Below, piece after piece: positions 10,701 through 25,700 of a stretch of DNA of 64,000 nucleotides. Source of the stretch: Catajapyx aquilonaris (lineage: Eukaryota); assembly GCA_000934665.2 (NCBI GenBank), contig JYFJ02001451.1, forward strand, positions 1 through 64,000, read 5' to 3'. A program made the position numbers and the translations under genes. Every line of letters starts with the position of its first letter. Position 1 is the stretch's first letter. The notes beneath the pieces are model-generated. The model was not told where the DNA came from and did not search any database. It worked only from the letters and a program-made list of their open reading frames with translations.

Positions 10701-13700
10701 TGTTCCTTACAGATGAGAAAGTCATACCTTCGTAAGGTTTTACAATCCTTATTGCTGACATCTCCCAAATATGATGCCTCCTGAACTTGTTGGCCACCAT
10801 AAAAACCTATTGGCACCGCTGAAACCTTTACCACTCCTCCCAAGAAAAAGGCGTGGGCCAAAAGAATAAGGGTGGAGGAAACACCGAGGAGGGTCGCACC
10901 CTCTCGCGAAACCCACTCCCAAAACTCAGCATTTCCTGCCGATCAAATTCCCCCGGACTTAGTGCTTTTTGATATGCACAGATATTAATTTAGCCCCATC
11001 CAGCAGATTATGCAACATATTCGCCTGACCAACAGGACAAGCCCTATCCTACCGTATGAATTTCAGGATGAGTCATCGTCGGAGGTTTCGAATAAATAAA
11101 AATAAAGGTAAGGAAGCCATCAGTCTCTCAAAAATTCCGTCACTTATTTTCTCCCCCCCCCCCCTGACATCATTGTGAACTAAGTGAAGGAGAGGATAAT
11201 TAATAAATCCTTGAGGTTAGAGCATGCAAGGACCTTCTCCCGTATACAAGTAAGGGTCGCACAGCCTTGCTAGACATTGCAGTACTTGTCTCCTCGCTAT
11301 CGGCAAGGATAAGCCTATAATATTTGTGTATATCAACGTACGTGGCTTTAGATAGCGTTCAAGTAGTGCTGAAGATCTGATTTATAGTTCCGATCATATT
11401 GCAATAAACCAGTGATTTTCCGCAGTAATTCGAGCTGTGAACAAAGGTTGTTTCTAGTCCGGTGTGTTGCCTGCCTCTCAGGATAATTTCGTTCTGTGTT
11501 TTTATTTTTATTTTCTCGAGCGTCAGGCAGAGAACCCTTTCATTAGCAGCTCACACACCCTTCAATGATTTCGAAAGGCCATCAAACGTGGGTCGCTCAC
11601 CTCCGAATCACACTCGCTATCTAATATTTCCATCTGGAATTATACTGGGGTGTTACATAAAATGACAGGCGAAATCCTATGGGGATCGCCAGGTGTCACT
11701 TTGGTCGTTACGTGCTGCGGATACAGCATACGCCACTGCCATCGCCTATTTCCTCAGTGCTGACTACGGCAAAAGAGCGGATCGAAAGTTGCCTCCGGAT
11801 GATCACCTTTCATTATAATGAAAGGTGATCATCCGGAGGCAACTTTCGATTCGCTCTTTTTCAGCCATTAGCTCGTGGCGTCACCAGTGCAACACCGTTT
11901 GGCTAACGAGACGAATGACACCAACGAGTTATCTGCAGATCTGGTCATTGCCATATTGAACTCGAGTGTATTTTTTTATCATAATTATCAGTACGAGATG
12001 GGGGAACGTGCCGTCTGTAATCTTGTCACTGGCCGTTTGACGCCCACCGGAGATATTTTCAGGGCGCACTTTCACCTCTGGAGTGCCTAGCCTCTCTTCT
12101 TTTTCTTTCTTTTTTTTCACCCTGCCTATATCATCACGAGTTGGCGCAACAGGGAGGCGAATCATAATTCCGGGAATATCACGATGGGTCGCCTGTCTTT
12201 TTTCGACAGGTCTCCTCCATATCTCATCATCCGTCACCGGTCCATCCTCCCCATGGATGACTCACCGCTGGATATACATGATCCCAACCCTGCAACTCTC
12301 TCGATCAAAAAATCACTCCACCCGACCCGTGACACCTGCATTTTTTTCTCTCTCTCATCTGTTATTACAGGGCGGTGCACTGCCCAAGTCCAAGTTGTGT
12401 AATTCCTACTTGGATCCGGCAAACTTCCGCCATGGCATGTGTTGCCACCACTAGCATGCCCAAGGTTCAGACACTGCAGGGGGCATCCTCTCCCCAGCTC
12501 CTTTTTTATTATCAAATCTTGATCTTGGAAAAAAGGTGGGAGCAGCCAGCTTCCTTACGTGGAATGATTACTGCGGGGGAGAAATGGAGCAGTAGAAATC
12601 AGATAATAATAATAAAAAAAGTTTGAATACGGGGGCCTCCGCCCAGCATCCCCCAGACTGGTCCAGGTTCAGGAGGAGGAGCAGTGTTCCCCTGCTGGGA
12701 CGCTTACCAACACTGCGGGGGTTTGGGCCCATTAGAGGAAGGCCCGCTGTCTGGAGCCAGCCGCAGAACTTTTCCTCCTTACCATTACTCAAAGTGCACT
12801 TGTGTATTGAGAGAGGACCATTATTGCCATGGATTAAAATGCGGGGATCCGGCATATATTCTCCAGATGTGCGAGTCTGCGAGGTCGCCTATTGTCAACC
12901 AGTGTCACTGCTCTAGTTTGGGAGACAATGCATCTTCAGAACCGGATCATCTCCAAGGCTGATCGTAATTAGCACAATGCGACGATGCATTTTTCTGCGA
13001 ATTCTATATGCCTGCGCAATGTCCGCTTAGTGTGTATGTGAGAGGCCTCGTTTCCAAAGACCCTGGCAAGCCTCCAGGGGCAATCCATTTCTGCGAGCGC
13101 ACCTTTTTTTTCGCAAGTAATTGGACTTGCGAAACTTGGTTACATGTCGCTAAAGAGCCAAGGACAAAGCCGTGCAAACGTGCTGGACCACACGCACGTA
13201 CGTGTGTCGCTCATATTGAATCCTGCCAATATTTGTAAGATTTGGCGAGCCCCTTTACTCGAATGGCCAGCAGGTAAAGTTGTTGCCAGCCCCCCCTTAA
13301 GGTGGGGTGGTGATATTGTCTGGAGACAAATGGGCCCATTGTATATAGTGTGAGACGCCTGGTTCCGAAGCGTGCGGCTCATGGATTTACGACTCTTGTG
13401 AATGCTGCTGCTTCAAAGGCTCCTTCTCTCGACCACCCTAAACGCGGTTGACCCATTCAGGATTCTTCTACTACTGTGTCACGGCACACATAAATTAACA
13501 CTTGGAAACACATGTCCGACGCGATATAAACGGTACTATCGGGGGGTCTCATCTCTTCATTTTCCTATACGTACAGAAATGGTGTCGCCACTAGCCAACT
13601 ACGGCAAAAGAGCGGATCGAAAGTTGCCTCCCGATGACCACCTTTCAAGGTGGTCATCCGGAGGCAACTTTCGATTCGCTCTTTTTCAGCCATTAGCTCG

Positions 13701-16700
13701 TGGCGTCACCAGTGCAACACAATTAATGTTCAGAATACACTTTTAGCTTTAATCGAGAGCATATTGTTATTAATGTGGTCAACACTATTTCGGATTTTGT
13801 ATATATACATACAAGGCAATTTTCTTTCTAAGAATGCAACTTGTCCAATCAGAGTGAAGTGTACGAGCCCTTTTTTTTTAAGAAGACGAGAGTTATGACG
13901 CGGCTGTCAAGCCGAGGCGTAGGTTTTCAAAAAATTATCAGTCTGAAAGTTGAATAAATGGGCAAAGCCAGTATGCAATTAAGGGTTCGGCGCAGTGTGC
14001 AGGTGTTGGAAGAGTTTTTTTTTCTTTTAAAGATTTAAAAGAAGCATGCTGTTCCCTCCCTCTTCTCTGCCGATGCCCTGATCAATTCCTCAGCAGCACT
14101 CACGTCCATCAGAACCAAAGCCTATTAGGATTCCCAGCGTCTTCCATGCACCGAGAGGAGAGGGGGTGGGCTTACGACATGCGAAAAGTCTTTTTTGGCG
14201 GACTTCCGTTTCGCAGGTAGTAAACTTCCTGAGAGTCACGACAGTTCACGAATGGGATCCGGCCTCGCCATACTCTCAATCACCAGGAGCTGCGACTCCT
14301 CCCCGGAATATATTTCCCATGGACCCAACAGATATTTCAATCCCACACTGACTGGAATTGGCCCATAACCGCTGAAAGGAAACACGTTCCGCCCATTTTA
14401 CTACGTGACCACCCAACCTTCATATGGTCTCGGTACAAACCCAACGTTCCAAATAAAGGTCATAAATTCATATTAACCCTGACCAAACCCCCCTCGCTCT
14501 CGGTTTGGTTACAAGTTATACGCTGCTGGCGTCTAAAGAGAAAATTCCGTCCATAACCTCACCTCGAGGGGAATGTTCATAAAGTAGGTGACGTTGTGTT
14601 ACTTGCTCAAAAGGGCGGTTTAAATATTTTCTTCCCCCTCCCTTCCAGTCTCTCTCTCTCATTAGTATATGGCGCTATGTCTAACAAATGAAAGATGGCA
14701 TATTGATGAATTGCAGGGTGGCCGCCATAATTTGTCTTCATCCTTTTAAAAAAGCAACGTAGGAGAGCAACAGCAAAAAAAAAGAGAGGCTGTACAGCAG
14801 GGTATGCCTCACCTACCACCAAGATTCTCTGTAATCCTTTGCAGACGTCCATCTCAAGGATGTAAGAGGAATAAGAAGCAGCGGGTTGCACAATCCGACG
14901 TGCCCATACATATTCACACACGAGCCTCGGCCATATGCGTAACTCTCGCCTCCTTATTCCCCCACAAGCCACCGCGCTTCAACATATGAGGGGGGGGGGG
15001 GGGGNGGGGGGGGGGGAGAAAATATATATTTTGAAAAATATTATACACACAAAGTGGCCACATTTCTCACAAGTGTTGCTTTAATAACGGGGTCTGAGGA
15101 GTGGACAGCTTTTTAAAAAAATGAACTTGGCCGCCAGTCGTTTATTTCTGAGAGACATCATCAATACCAAGGAGATGCAGTCACGTACTTGTACAGGAGG
15201 GTGGTAGGGAAGAGATAAAAAATTATTTAAATTAAAGAGTCACCACTGCGAAAAAGGTCAGTGACCAAAGTCCTTGGGCTACTGGCCGGCAGCATTAAAT
15301 AAACGAAACGAATTTCTATAAGTTTGTGTACCTTGCGGCCATGTTGTTTTCTACACCTGAAGCTGGCCCTCTGGACCAGTCTGCTGCTGGAGAGTGAAAG
15401 GTGACGGGATCACTGGAGTCATAACGTTTCTCCTCATTTCGATTTTCTGCTTATTTGGTTATGGATGATATTAGGCCGAATATAGCTCCTTTGAATGGGC
15501 GGCCGATGTCACTGGTATATACAAGTACAAATTGGCAATGGTAATTAAACCTGGTGTTTCGTCAAGTCTACTGGTGGGTGTGGTGGTGGTGAGGGTACAG
15601 CATGTGTTGAAAGTGAGAGTGACGTCGGGGTTGGGGCCAAGAGAGGCAGGGCCGTGAAGAGGTTTGAAGCCAAGTGCTGCTCGCATGGTCGCTCAGCCTT
15701 ACTGACCCAGTGAGTTTGGCCAGCAGGGGCGGGTGTGGTCGCCCTCTTGCTTTGCTTGCTTGCGTTTTTGCTTGCTTTGCTTGCTTTGCCGCCTGCATCA
15801 TGTGCACGGCCTCAAGTCACCTGTGTATGCCCCCGAATCAAGGGGGCACATCGGCCGGAATTAACGCCCACCACCAACCACCACCTTGCCCCCTTTTAAA
15901 CACAAAATAATACTATATATACAGGGTGTTTCAACTTTTTTGTCCGAACAGTTATCGGAACATTGCACGTAGCTGCTACTTTGTAAGCAGTGAGCAGTAA
16001 GCAGTGCAAACGGTGATTTGTGGATGGAATGGGGAATGGGGGTAAAAGAGGGCCCAGCATGCCATGTGCTGTGACTCTCTTTTTTCCAGGCTTGACCCTC
16101 CATTTTCAGCAGGCAGCACGTATGTCACTTCAACCTACGATTCGCAGGGAATATTCCCTGTTCCTCCGAAAAATCACTGTTTGCAAGTCACTGCTTACAA
16201 AGTAGCAGCTACGTGCAAGTTTCCGATAACTGTTCGGACAAAAAAGTTGAAACACCCTGTATATACAACACACTGTTCATTGCAGTCTGCGATTTTCAGC
16301 CAAGTTACGTCAAGCAGTTACTTTTAGACCACATCAAGAAATATTAGGTTGGGTTGACCCCGCGAAATGTTCAATTTAAAATACTGTGCATCACACTCGT
16401 TCAATACAGTCTGCTATTGTCAGCCCCGTTATATTAAGCAGTTACTTTCAGGCGACATCAAAAAAATTAGCTTCCAATATTCGGTTTAGTTCATGCTTAA
16501 TACAGGTTAACAACAGTACAACGGCACACCCGTTCATTAACAGTCAGCTATTTTCAGCCACGTTATATATTAAGCAGTTACTTTCAGGCAATGTCAAACA
16601 TATTATCTTCCAATATTAGGTTGGGTTGACGCAGGGAAATATTCATAGTGTAATTTTTTTGATTGAAGTAACTGGCTAAAAATTAGCAGCTTAGTGCGGA

Positions 16701-19700
16701 AAGATGGCTAACTTGAAACGGATCCGTCGAGTGGAACACCGTGTGTGTATTTCTTGGTGCCCCGCTGTATAATAATAAAAATAACCGAGGCGAGGGGTGT
16801 TCCACCTTTGGGGATTTATTGCTGTGATGAGGGGCGTAAATTATGTACCGGCTGTGTGTGCATGGGGCTTCTTGACCTTGCGCAATTAAAAAGGGTTAAT
16901 GGCGGAGTCGAGTGATGCACAGGGTGTCTCGTGAGACCATATCTGGGCCAAGCAGCATCCTGTGAGTTGTCCGGATGATGAAGAATGTGACATTAGGTCG
17001 TATAATACCGAAGGCGAAGAAACGGGGTCTCGGTGTCGCGCCCTTCCCAACGTCACACGCCAGGGTGACCACTGGCCCCTCCCGTCCTGCCCCTCCCAAA
17101 CCATCGGGTTCCACACGGCTTATCATGTGGCTCGGATGCCGAAAGCAACCGACAACAACCAACCCAACAAGTACGCTCCGTACACGACTTTTTCGAAAAT
17201 ATATATGCAATTAGAGAAAAAATTATTTTGCATATGTGACCTATACGCACGTCTCCTGCTGACTCGAGCAGGGAGGTCCCAACAGGTTTTGGGCGATTAA
17301 TGATCCAGCTAATTAGCTAATGCGCATGGTAAGAGGTTCATTACCTGCGTGATTGATTATCGAATTTTTTGGGGCTATTTTTTTTTTGCTGGTTACTGGC
17401 ACGGCACCACGGCCTCCGTCGGACTGCGCGAAAAGAGTGGTGACCCCGAAGACCATGGGCCGTGACCTGTACCAGGGGCCGGAAACCCCGTGTACAGGCT
17501 CTACCTTATTCCTTTCGTCGGATGGACAGGCGTGGTCCTTTTCGCGACTGATGGAGCGAGGCGCGGTCAAGCAAAAGGGACATCCACACCACACTTTGCC
17601 GCCCATACACCTCATAGTAATATACACAGAGTTGCGAGAAAGAAAATTTGGGCAGGGTGCAAATTAGCCTGGGTTAATGGCTCACATCGCGTTGCCCACG
17701 CACTGAGCCGCGCGGTGCCCTGCGATTTATAACGGATGGACCAGAATTGTCCGGGACTGTCTTTAAGAAACCAGATCGGAATGTCATTGTCCTCGGAGTT
17801 CCAAAGATCAAAAATAGCCTGGAGCCCCTGTTGTGCGATTCAAATGGGACAGTACAGGGTGTTTAAAAAAAAGGAAGGGGGCCAACTGCTGGAGAGGTCG
17901 TGACGAACTGTAACCTCTCGACGCCTCTTCCGGGATTCAGAAATTGTCCGATACCAATGTGTCGTAAAACCTCGAGACAGAAAAGGAAGGAGGATAATGC
18001 CCTGAAGAGACCTAAAGTCCCAATTTTCCTCCTTTAAAAAAAACAACAACCCTCTTACCGTCTCTCTTTCTGTCCGCGCGGTTAGATTGGACGCGTGCAG
18101 TGGTACCGTCGACCGGACGGAATCATGTCCTGGCTGGAAACGTGCACTTGGAGCAGCGGTTCTGGGGTTTTATGAGAGAGGCTCACCTCCAGAGGAGATG
18201 ATGGAAGCTATGGCCAAGAAGCCTCTTCTCAACAAGCCGTAAACCTGCCGTTGTCGTGATGCCAGACACCAATCAGATCGATGCACCCATCCAATAACCT
18301 ATTGGCCTCAGCCATTTATTGGCGATCCAACCTGCTTCCTTATAAACTAAACGCATGGTAAGTCCACCCCAGACGCATATGTTGCCAATTGTAGCTTCTA
18401 ATTTTGCAATCGTTTCTTGTTGCTGGTTGGAAGGTGGTCATCCGGAGTGGGGGTGGTGTTTTGCATTCCCAGACCCGGCCAAGTCATGCAAGACTCTTGT
18501 TGGGAGGGGAAGTAACACGTGGGCTCTCCCTGCGGCTGCAGGTGCATTATTCTGAAGCATTTTTATTGTGCATGCATATACTGTATACGGCATGCCAATT
18601 CCATACGACGCCATGCTGCGGTCATAACAAAATTTGCCCTCGTTTCGCTGCTGCAGCACCGAGAGATATTAAAGGGAATATACAATTATGAAGTCCGGTT
18701 GTTGGGTAATCCGTCGTATTTAGACTTATTGCATTGAAATTCCCTTTTCCAAAAAAAAACTGCCTTGAAGCAATGGTGTTCATTCCAGTCTCTCCCCCCG
18801 AAAAAAAAAAAACTTGGAACCAGAGGCACTTTTTTCCTAATGGCCACGTTCTCGTGCACGGTAGCTCGAGAGGTAACTTGATACGCAAACATTTGCAGGC
18901 ACTTTGCACAACCACCACTCATTGCTAGTGGTTTTGGGGGGGAGGCCTGCTCATTTGTGTAATGACTCCTTCCAAAGTATGGGGTTTGCCATCTCGAGAG
19001 TCCTTGCAGGACTAACTGTAACTGATTGTATTTGGGAGTATGGCCCCGAGAGATACACAAGAAGAGATGCAATAAGAAATCCCCTTCCAAAATAATACCG
19101 GTGGCGACAGAAACCCCGGGAGAGAAAACGCTTCCGAGAAAGGGAAAACCAAAGGGGAGGAGGAGAAACAATGACCAAAGGGTGGGCTTCTCTCAAAAGT
19201 GGATGACTCCAGACACCCCGGCTCCACCCAATCAAGGCGGGACAAAGTGGTCCCATTAGCGACCCAAAAGATTAGTCTCAACCGGGCCCCCCAACGGAAT
19301 TGGGAAGGTTTTTGCGTAGGACTCGCCAACCAGTAGTGAAACAGAAATAAGACAGAAATTGCTCCGTCTCAATTTGTGGACATCGCACGAGAGGGGTTAG
19401 CCAGAAGTCCTTCGCACCGAGACTGAAGTCCAAGTGAAGTTCAGACGATGTTCGTGAAGTCCGACTGAAATCCTTGAAGTCTCTCTCGAGACAGTCCCAA
19501 GTTCGAAGAGGATCCGGGATCTTTCTACTAAACCATGCAGGGTCAACCCACATCCCACGACATAGTCGACACGGGCAAGCACCGTATTTGACCTGCCCTG
19601 TGACCCTGCCTGGGTGATGACTTCCTTCCGGTGACTGCAGGGGGGGCAGCACCCCGTCCTCTAAGCACGGGACAGCGTGTGAAGAGAAACCGTGAGAATG

Positions 19701-22700
19701 AGGGGAAGACACGTGGCCGGAAAACAACTGACCTGTTACAGTGTGTGTGTCGGCTGCCCGAGTTTGCCCTCAGTACAATCTATATGATGACGAAACGTGT
19801 GAGTGTGTATATTGAAGGTGCGGGTAGTGCACACACCTTATTGGATGATCGGCACTCCTTCAATCTCTGATCGGATTGAAAACGCAGCGGGATGGAGACG
19901 ACAGCACTCCTGCCTGGGTGTGATTGGAATAATGTGTCTGCTTGGAATCCCATGCAGCGACCATCCGGAGGGGAGAGGAGATTATCTGAATGTAATATCA
20001 GCCAAGGACCAGCAGGGAATGTACGGGGGGGCAACAACAGGACACTTCATTCTCGAAGAATTGCGCAAACAATATTGCGCGACATGAAAATTTGACAAAA
20101 TGTAACCGCGCGCGCAACACAACAAAAATCAATGTCAATACATTATTTTTGAATGGTGTTTCACTTACAATAAACGTAGAGCACCGCCCTAAAATTATGG
20201 CCTCAAATGGCACCAATAATTCGGATGGTCCACACCCTTTTGCAGGCGCCAGCTTGATTTGTGTTTGGACCTCTATGCGACGCGCAGGGATTTTCCCCTT
20301 TAAAGCCATCGGGAGACACCCGGATTTTTTCGGTAATCTGTATGCGCGCAAATTACGTCACGTCTCGACCTGTTTTGACACCGGCCACTAAATCCTGCAG
20401 GTTGAATGAGGGGGCCAGAAAACACGATTTCCTCAACGGGGGACCCCGCCGAATGAAGACATCACGCGTAAAAATTGCCTCTCCCTGCTGCACGAACTTA
20501 TACACAGAGGACCCCACAAGGAGGACCCATAGTTCAGAAGAAAAATAAGTCTGATCCACCCTGTACATATATAGACACATGGATCTGGCGCGGAATGACC
20601 TTCTTTCTTTTCTTTTTTTTTCTTTTCTTAAAAAGGCTGCTGCCTGCTACTGCATGAGAAACAAAAAGTGTGAATTCACAGGACAGGAACTTCGGGTTGA
20701 AGACCTTGTCTCACCAACAACAACCCCTTATGAGCACGTAATTTCCCAGCACGCGAAAAGAGGCGGATACATCACTTGAGAGAATTCGCAACTTCATTGG
20801 AGACCTAGACCCAAAGCCTAACTACACCTGTCACGAAACATTGCTGCACATCATGAATTATTAAACATCAACAGTTTGACTTTAAAAAGTGCGATATTCG
20901 GACTGTTTCCTTGAATCAGATGCATGTGCCAAGTTTCAGCACTCTCAGTAGTCTGAAAGTAGGTTAGGTAGTCTGCACATGCGGACAAACTTTCTGCTTT
21001 ATATATATTTCGTGCCTGCAGGGTTTTTTTTTACTGCAAGTTTAGCTCGTGCCGAACCTCTTCTTGTGCCTCCAGGGGGTTTCCTCCAGACAATGCGAGG
21101 AAGCTGCCCCCCTTTCATATTGAAAACCGTTTTGCTGAGGGGTTGCGCAAATGGAATCTGGTCACCCAAATACTACGACCTTTTGCACCCGCATCGCACG
21201 GTACCGGAGAGAAAGGGCCAAGAGAGCAGGATACGCACAGTTTCTCACACCAACCTGACGCAACTATATAGGAGCCCCCAAAAAATCAAGGCTATTTTGC
21301 GAAGTGTAACGGCCTAGAATGTGTGTGTGTCTCTCGATCACGGAGAGCAACATCCTAATGGCTTGGATTCCTCCGGACGGTGCGGCACCTTCCTTTCGCA
21401 AATCACACCTTTGCAATTAGATTCCTTTCACCCGGCACCTGCTCGCGACCCGGAGAGACCAAGGTTGGCAAATGTTATTGGTTGGGTGTGGGGAGGAGAC
21501 TTCGCGAAAATATGTTTCGAAGGCATCCAAAGCCAGTTGCGAAATCGGCTCACGTATAGGTGACGATCATCATGGGTGATGATCTTGCGACATTGGCGTT
21601 CCAATAATAGTCATTTGCCTCTCCCATAGGCATTCGGGGTCACACACATCGGACGACCTTTCCTAACAGGCATGCAGTTTATACTGTCTCTTAAGAATGA
21701 GTTGGCAACACATCTTGACAGTTCTACTGAAGCGTGTGAGTGCGACGGAAATGAGCAATCAAATGCGGTAGTGATTGCGGTACTTTTTTTCTTCTTTCAA
21801 ATGAGACTATGCCTCATTTTTTAAAGTAGTGCGAGGTGCAGGTAGAGGGCACCCAATGGTTTCCATGCATTTCCGGCATAACTGCCCTTAACTAAGTGAG
21901 GCAGGCCAGCCCCTGCAACAAGATGTGGGGGCATTTACAGCTAATTTCTCAAGGAAGTAACTTACCTCCCCCCCCATCCAAAAAAGATTCAGTTCTCCGA
22001 TTGTGACTAGGGGGCTCGTTACATGCTCCTTTCAAACTGACGATACCTGACCTTTCCGCTCCAACTGATATGAATGTTGCAAACATGCGCCCCCCCAAAA
22101 ACATATGGGAGAAAAAATATATATTAAAGCCCCGGTTACATTACCGGTACATGCAGCATGGTGTGTACAAAACATGAGCGCGTTTGAAGCACGTTGCTGT
22201 ACTTAGCCGTACGTGCGTAATGAGACGAAAAACCAAATTGCTTCGAGTTGCTGTTGACGTCTTGTTTATTGAATAAGTAGGAAATTAGTCGCGAGGATTT
22301 GGGCTTAGACGCACGTTTTGCCATGAGCTGGCGACTGAAATCCTAACTCTGCATTTAACGATCCTTCCTCTCTCGACGGGCAATTAAAACTGACCTAATT
22401 TTTACTTCCCCTCAGAAGCCCAACTTTTTTAAAAGTTTTTTTTTTTTTAAAAGCCCGAATCCTGCATCACTGCTCGTTAAAAAAAAAAGAAATGCATTTG
22501 TTGTTGTTATTGCGCGCAGGTTTTGCGATAAGCCCGATGCATTTCAGTTGCGCTCCAGTAAAGCAAGTTTTTTTTTCCTTCGCTTCTCTCTCGGATGACC
22601 TACAAGTCCCGAGTATATCTCGTTATTCGGAACGACCACTACCTTGACGCACACAATGCCTGCTAGACAATATTTCCACCAATTTAATCGCGCAATTACT

Positions 22701-25700
22701 CCCCTGGTTGTATGACGCCATCATGCTCGACTATCGCATGGATTCCCTTCCTTTTTATTTTCTCTCTTATACCTTACACATATCCTGCTCAATACGTGTA
22801 TTAACTGCGAACACGAGCGCCAAGATATTATCCGGGTAAAAGCCTAATCTCCGTTCGAGTACGAGAGAGAGAGAGAGAGAGAGAAACGAGAGTACTTTCG
22901 GTGGCTTGCAAACTGTTATCTGCATCTGCGCGTGGGGATATTGCCACATACCTCGTTTACTTTGCTTCGTTGGCTTCACCAGACCTTGCTCAAATTGTCA
23001 CCATATACATACAGTGCTGCCCAGATTATTTTGCTCACGATGTCACACATTTAGTTAAATATCGCCTCAACTTTAATTATTATTTGACCAATTCCAATAC
23101 CTCATTTTTACAATTTGAGGACAATTTATTTCTTACTCAAATTTAAACACACTAATATGAGGTTGATTTCAAAGGTGAGTTAGCACCATCAATGCTTGGT
23201 TTAAAAAAAAGGAACGTCCACTTTCTCTTTAATAAACCCTTCAGAATAAGTGAGGACATCAAAAACTTTACGGGGAGGAAGGGAGCCGTAATAATCGTTT
23301 CGGTTGTCCATGGCCAAGCACAAAATAGCTGTTTCGCAATCCTCATTTCAGATTATAAACATGGATAAAAAGAGCTGCTACTCATCCACCCTTGGCCTGA
23401 CAGCATCAACACACTAAAATAATATTTATATCACCGCTTCCCGTATTTTTATACGCCAAATCCGCCAACAATACGGCACATATCCTCGTAATTTATTTAC
23501 CTCCCCCGGAATTATTGTTGCCAGAGCGAATTTTCACCCGTCTGAAGATAAGAGATCGCTTAGTTATTTCCCTTTGACTCCAAGCCACTTCGGTTCACTG
23601 CTCCAGCTGCGAACATAAATGCTGCTCAGTACAAAATATATATTATTTCCCACCCTATTATGGTTATATATATTTTTTCATACTTCCTTCCGATTTTTTT
23701 CAGGCCTCTTGAAACAAGTTTGCAATGTGCATTTTTGCACACACTTATGACGAAATCCTTCACGCGCATGTGAATCGAAGGCAATATATCGGGAACAATT
23801 AACAAAAGGCCTCTGATCAGGCACTTTCATCTGGTCCTCGCTCACACTTGGGTCTCCCCCTCCTTATACACTAATGAGGGGGTAATTTATGCCACAACGA
23901 TATCCTCCATCGCTCATCCGACAACACGCGTATCCAATGACCCCATTTAATTACTTAAAAAAAATTAAACTAGCTTGTGCTGAACAGAAAACTAATCACG
24001 CGCTTTGATTAGTCGCGTGCTGAGTTCGCGATTAAAAAAACAGTATCAACCGCGGTTAATCCTCGAGTTCACACTTTGTCACTCATTTATTGTTTATGAT
24101 AGGTTCAACGACTGGGTGGCGGATTTTGGCTGGCGCACTGTGACATGTTTGTTTACTTGTATACTATGCGATTTTTTTTCTGGGCTTCCTCTGTGCATTG
24201 CGTATGGATGGAGGCTGACAGATGTGCATTGTCAGGTTGATCCCGGAGATGAACCACCTGCCACGTACAATCTCGGGCTGCGTGCAATCATTTCTTCGCA
24301 CATCATTCCGAATTCGTTCCGGCTTTCCGGGAACCCCGAACAGCATACGCTGGGGCGGTAATAGCCTGTGTGTTCAGTAGCACATCCAACAACTCGGTAC
24401 AAGTTACGTCAATCAATTTTTAATAAATAATTTTTTTTTGCATAATATCCATCGTAGCAATGCCTTTTTTTTAAAACGCCGTCGACTGCGATGTCCTTTT
24501 CCTTGAAACCGGTTTTATGGCATCGAGCCCAACCACGCGCCTACGTCGGTATCTGCTTCTGGATTTGCGTCAGTCTCTCCGTGCGTCATAAAACGATGGA
24601 CACCCTGACCCTTCCACGTTTGACAAGGGATAAAAACCGTGTCCTTATGGGCATTTATTATCGGCTTCAACGACACTGCAGGGTCCTATCCGACCAAAAA
24701 ATTCCCCAGGAATCTGCACCCCCNCCCCCCCCCTGATGAAGTTAAAACCCATAAAAATGAGACCCCCAAGTCGATAGCAACACTGGAGAACAATAGTATC
24801 ATACGAAGCTTAGTACCTTATAGCGAAATGAAAGAATGAGCCCGGAATCTGCACGGATTTGGCAAAAAAAAAAGGTCGTGTGTGATTCCTGCCCTCCATT
24901 TTATTAAATGTTGACAATGTTGTCCATCCGTCTTATTTAATCCGTACTGATATAAGCAACAAAAGGTTTGAACATGTAGAAAATGAGGTAAATTTTTTTA
25001 AAAATGCGAACAAAACTGTTTTAAATGCACGTTGTACGTCGTAAAATCGGCGACAAAGTAACTAGACCGTAGATCATAAACATCAACTCTGACTTGGCGT
25101 AATGCACTGCAGAAGACGCCCCGGTAGCAATTACGTTGCAGCCCCCTCTTATCAGCAGCATGTAATAAGGAGCAATTGCGACACATACACGGCGACATGT
25201 ATGGCTCGCTTCATAATAATTCAGAATTATGCCAATTGCGGCACAATTTCACACCTTACAATGTTTTGAAGGTGATTTTTTACATGTGGAAAATCTGTGT
25301 GGTTTTGGTGTTATCTAAATAGTCGTTGCCAGCATTACTATTCGAGTGCACCGCTATTATCTGTTAGTACACAAGCCGATTTTTGCAGCTGTAAACCTAA
25401 CAATAGCGGGCATTTCGAGCCATTTATTTACACGCGGATCTGATCCCCCGTTTCTGAAATAGACCCATTGTGAAGTATACTAAAATAAGTTTTTTATTTC
25501 CCTCGGCAAAGTACAACACCGGATTATTTTGCACACGTCGCAAATTGCGTATCTCGAGACTTGTATATTTTTTTTGGCGAATTCTCTCCACCCTTGCGAC
25601 CGACGGCCATGGTTTTTTTTCCATCAGCAAAAAGAAGGAAGTTGACATCCAAGTGTGAAGAAGGCAGCCTTGAGGCTCTCTCTCGTCTTTTGCGGAGACC

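Noticed and set aside
18686..19727. Possible LTR/PBS or retroelement ORFs (149-161 aa)
   Set aside because: TGGCGAGTCC does not extend into a recognisable tRNA 3' end; no paired LTRs and no gag/pol motifs.
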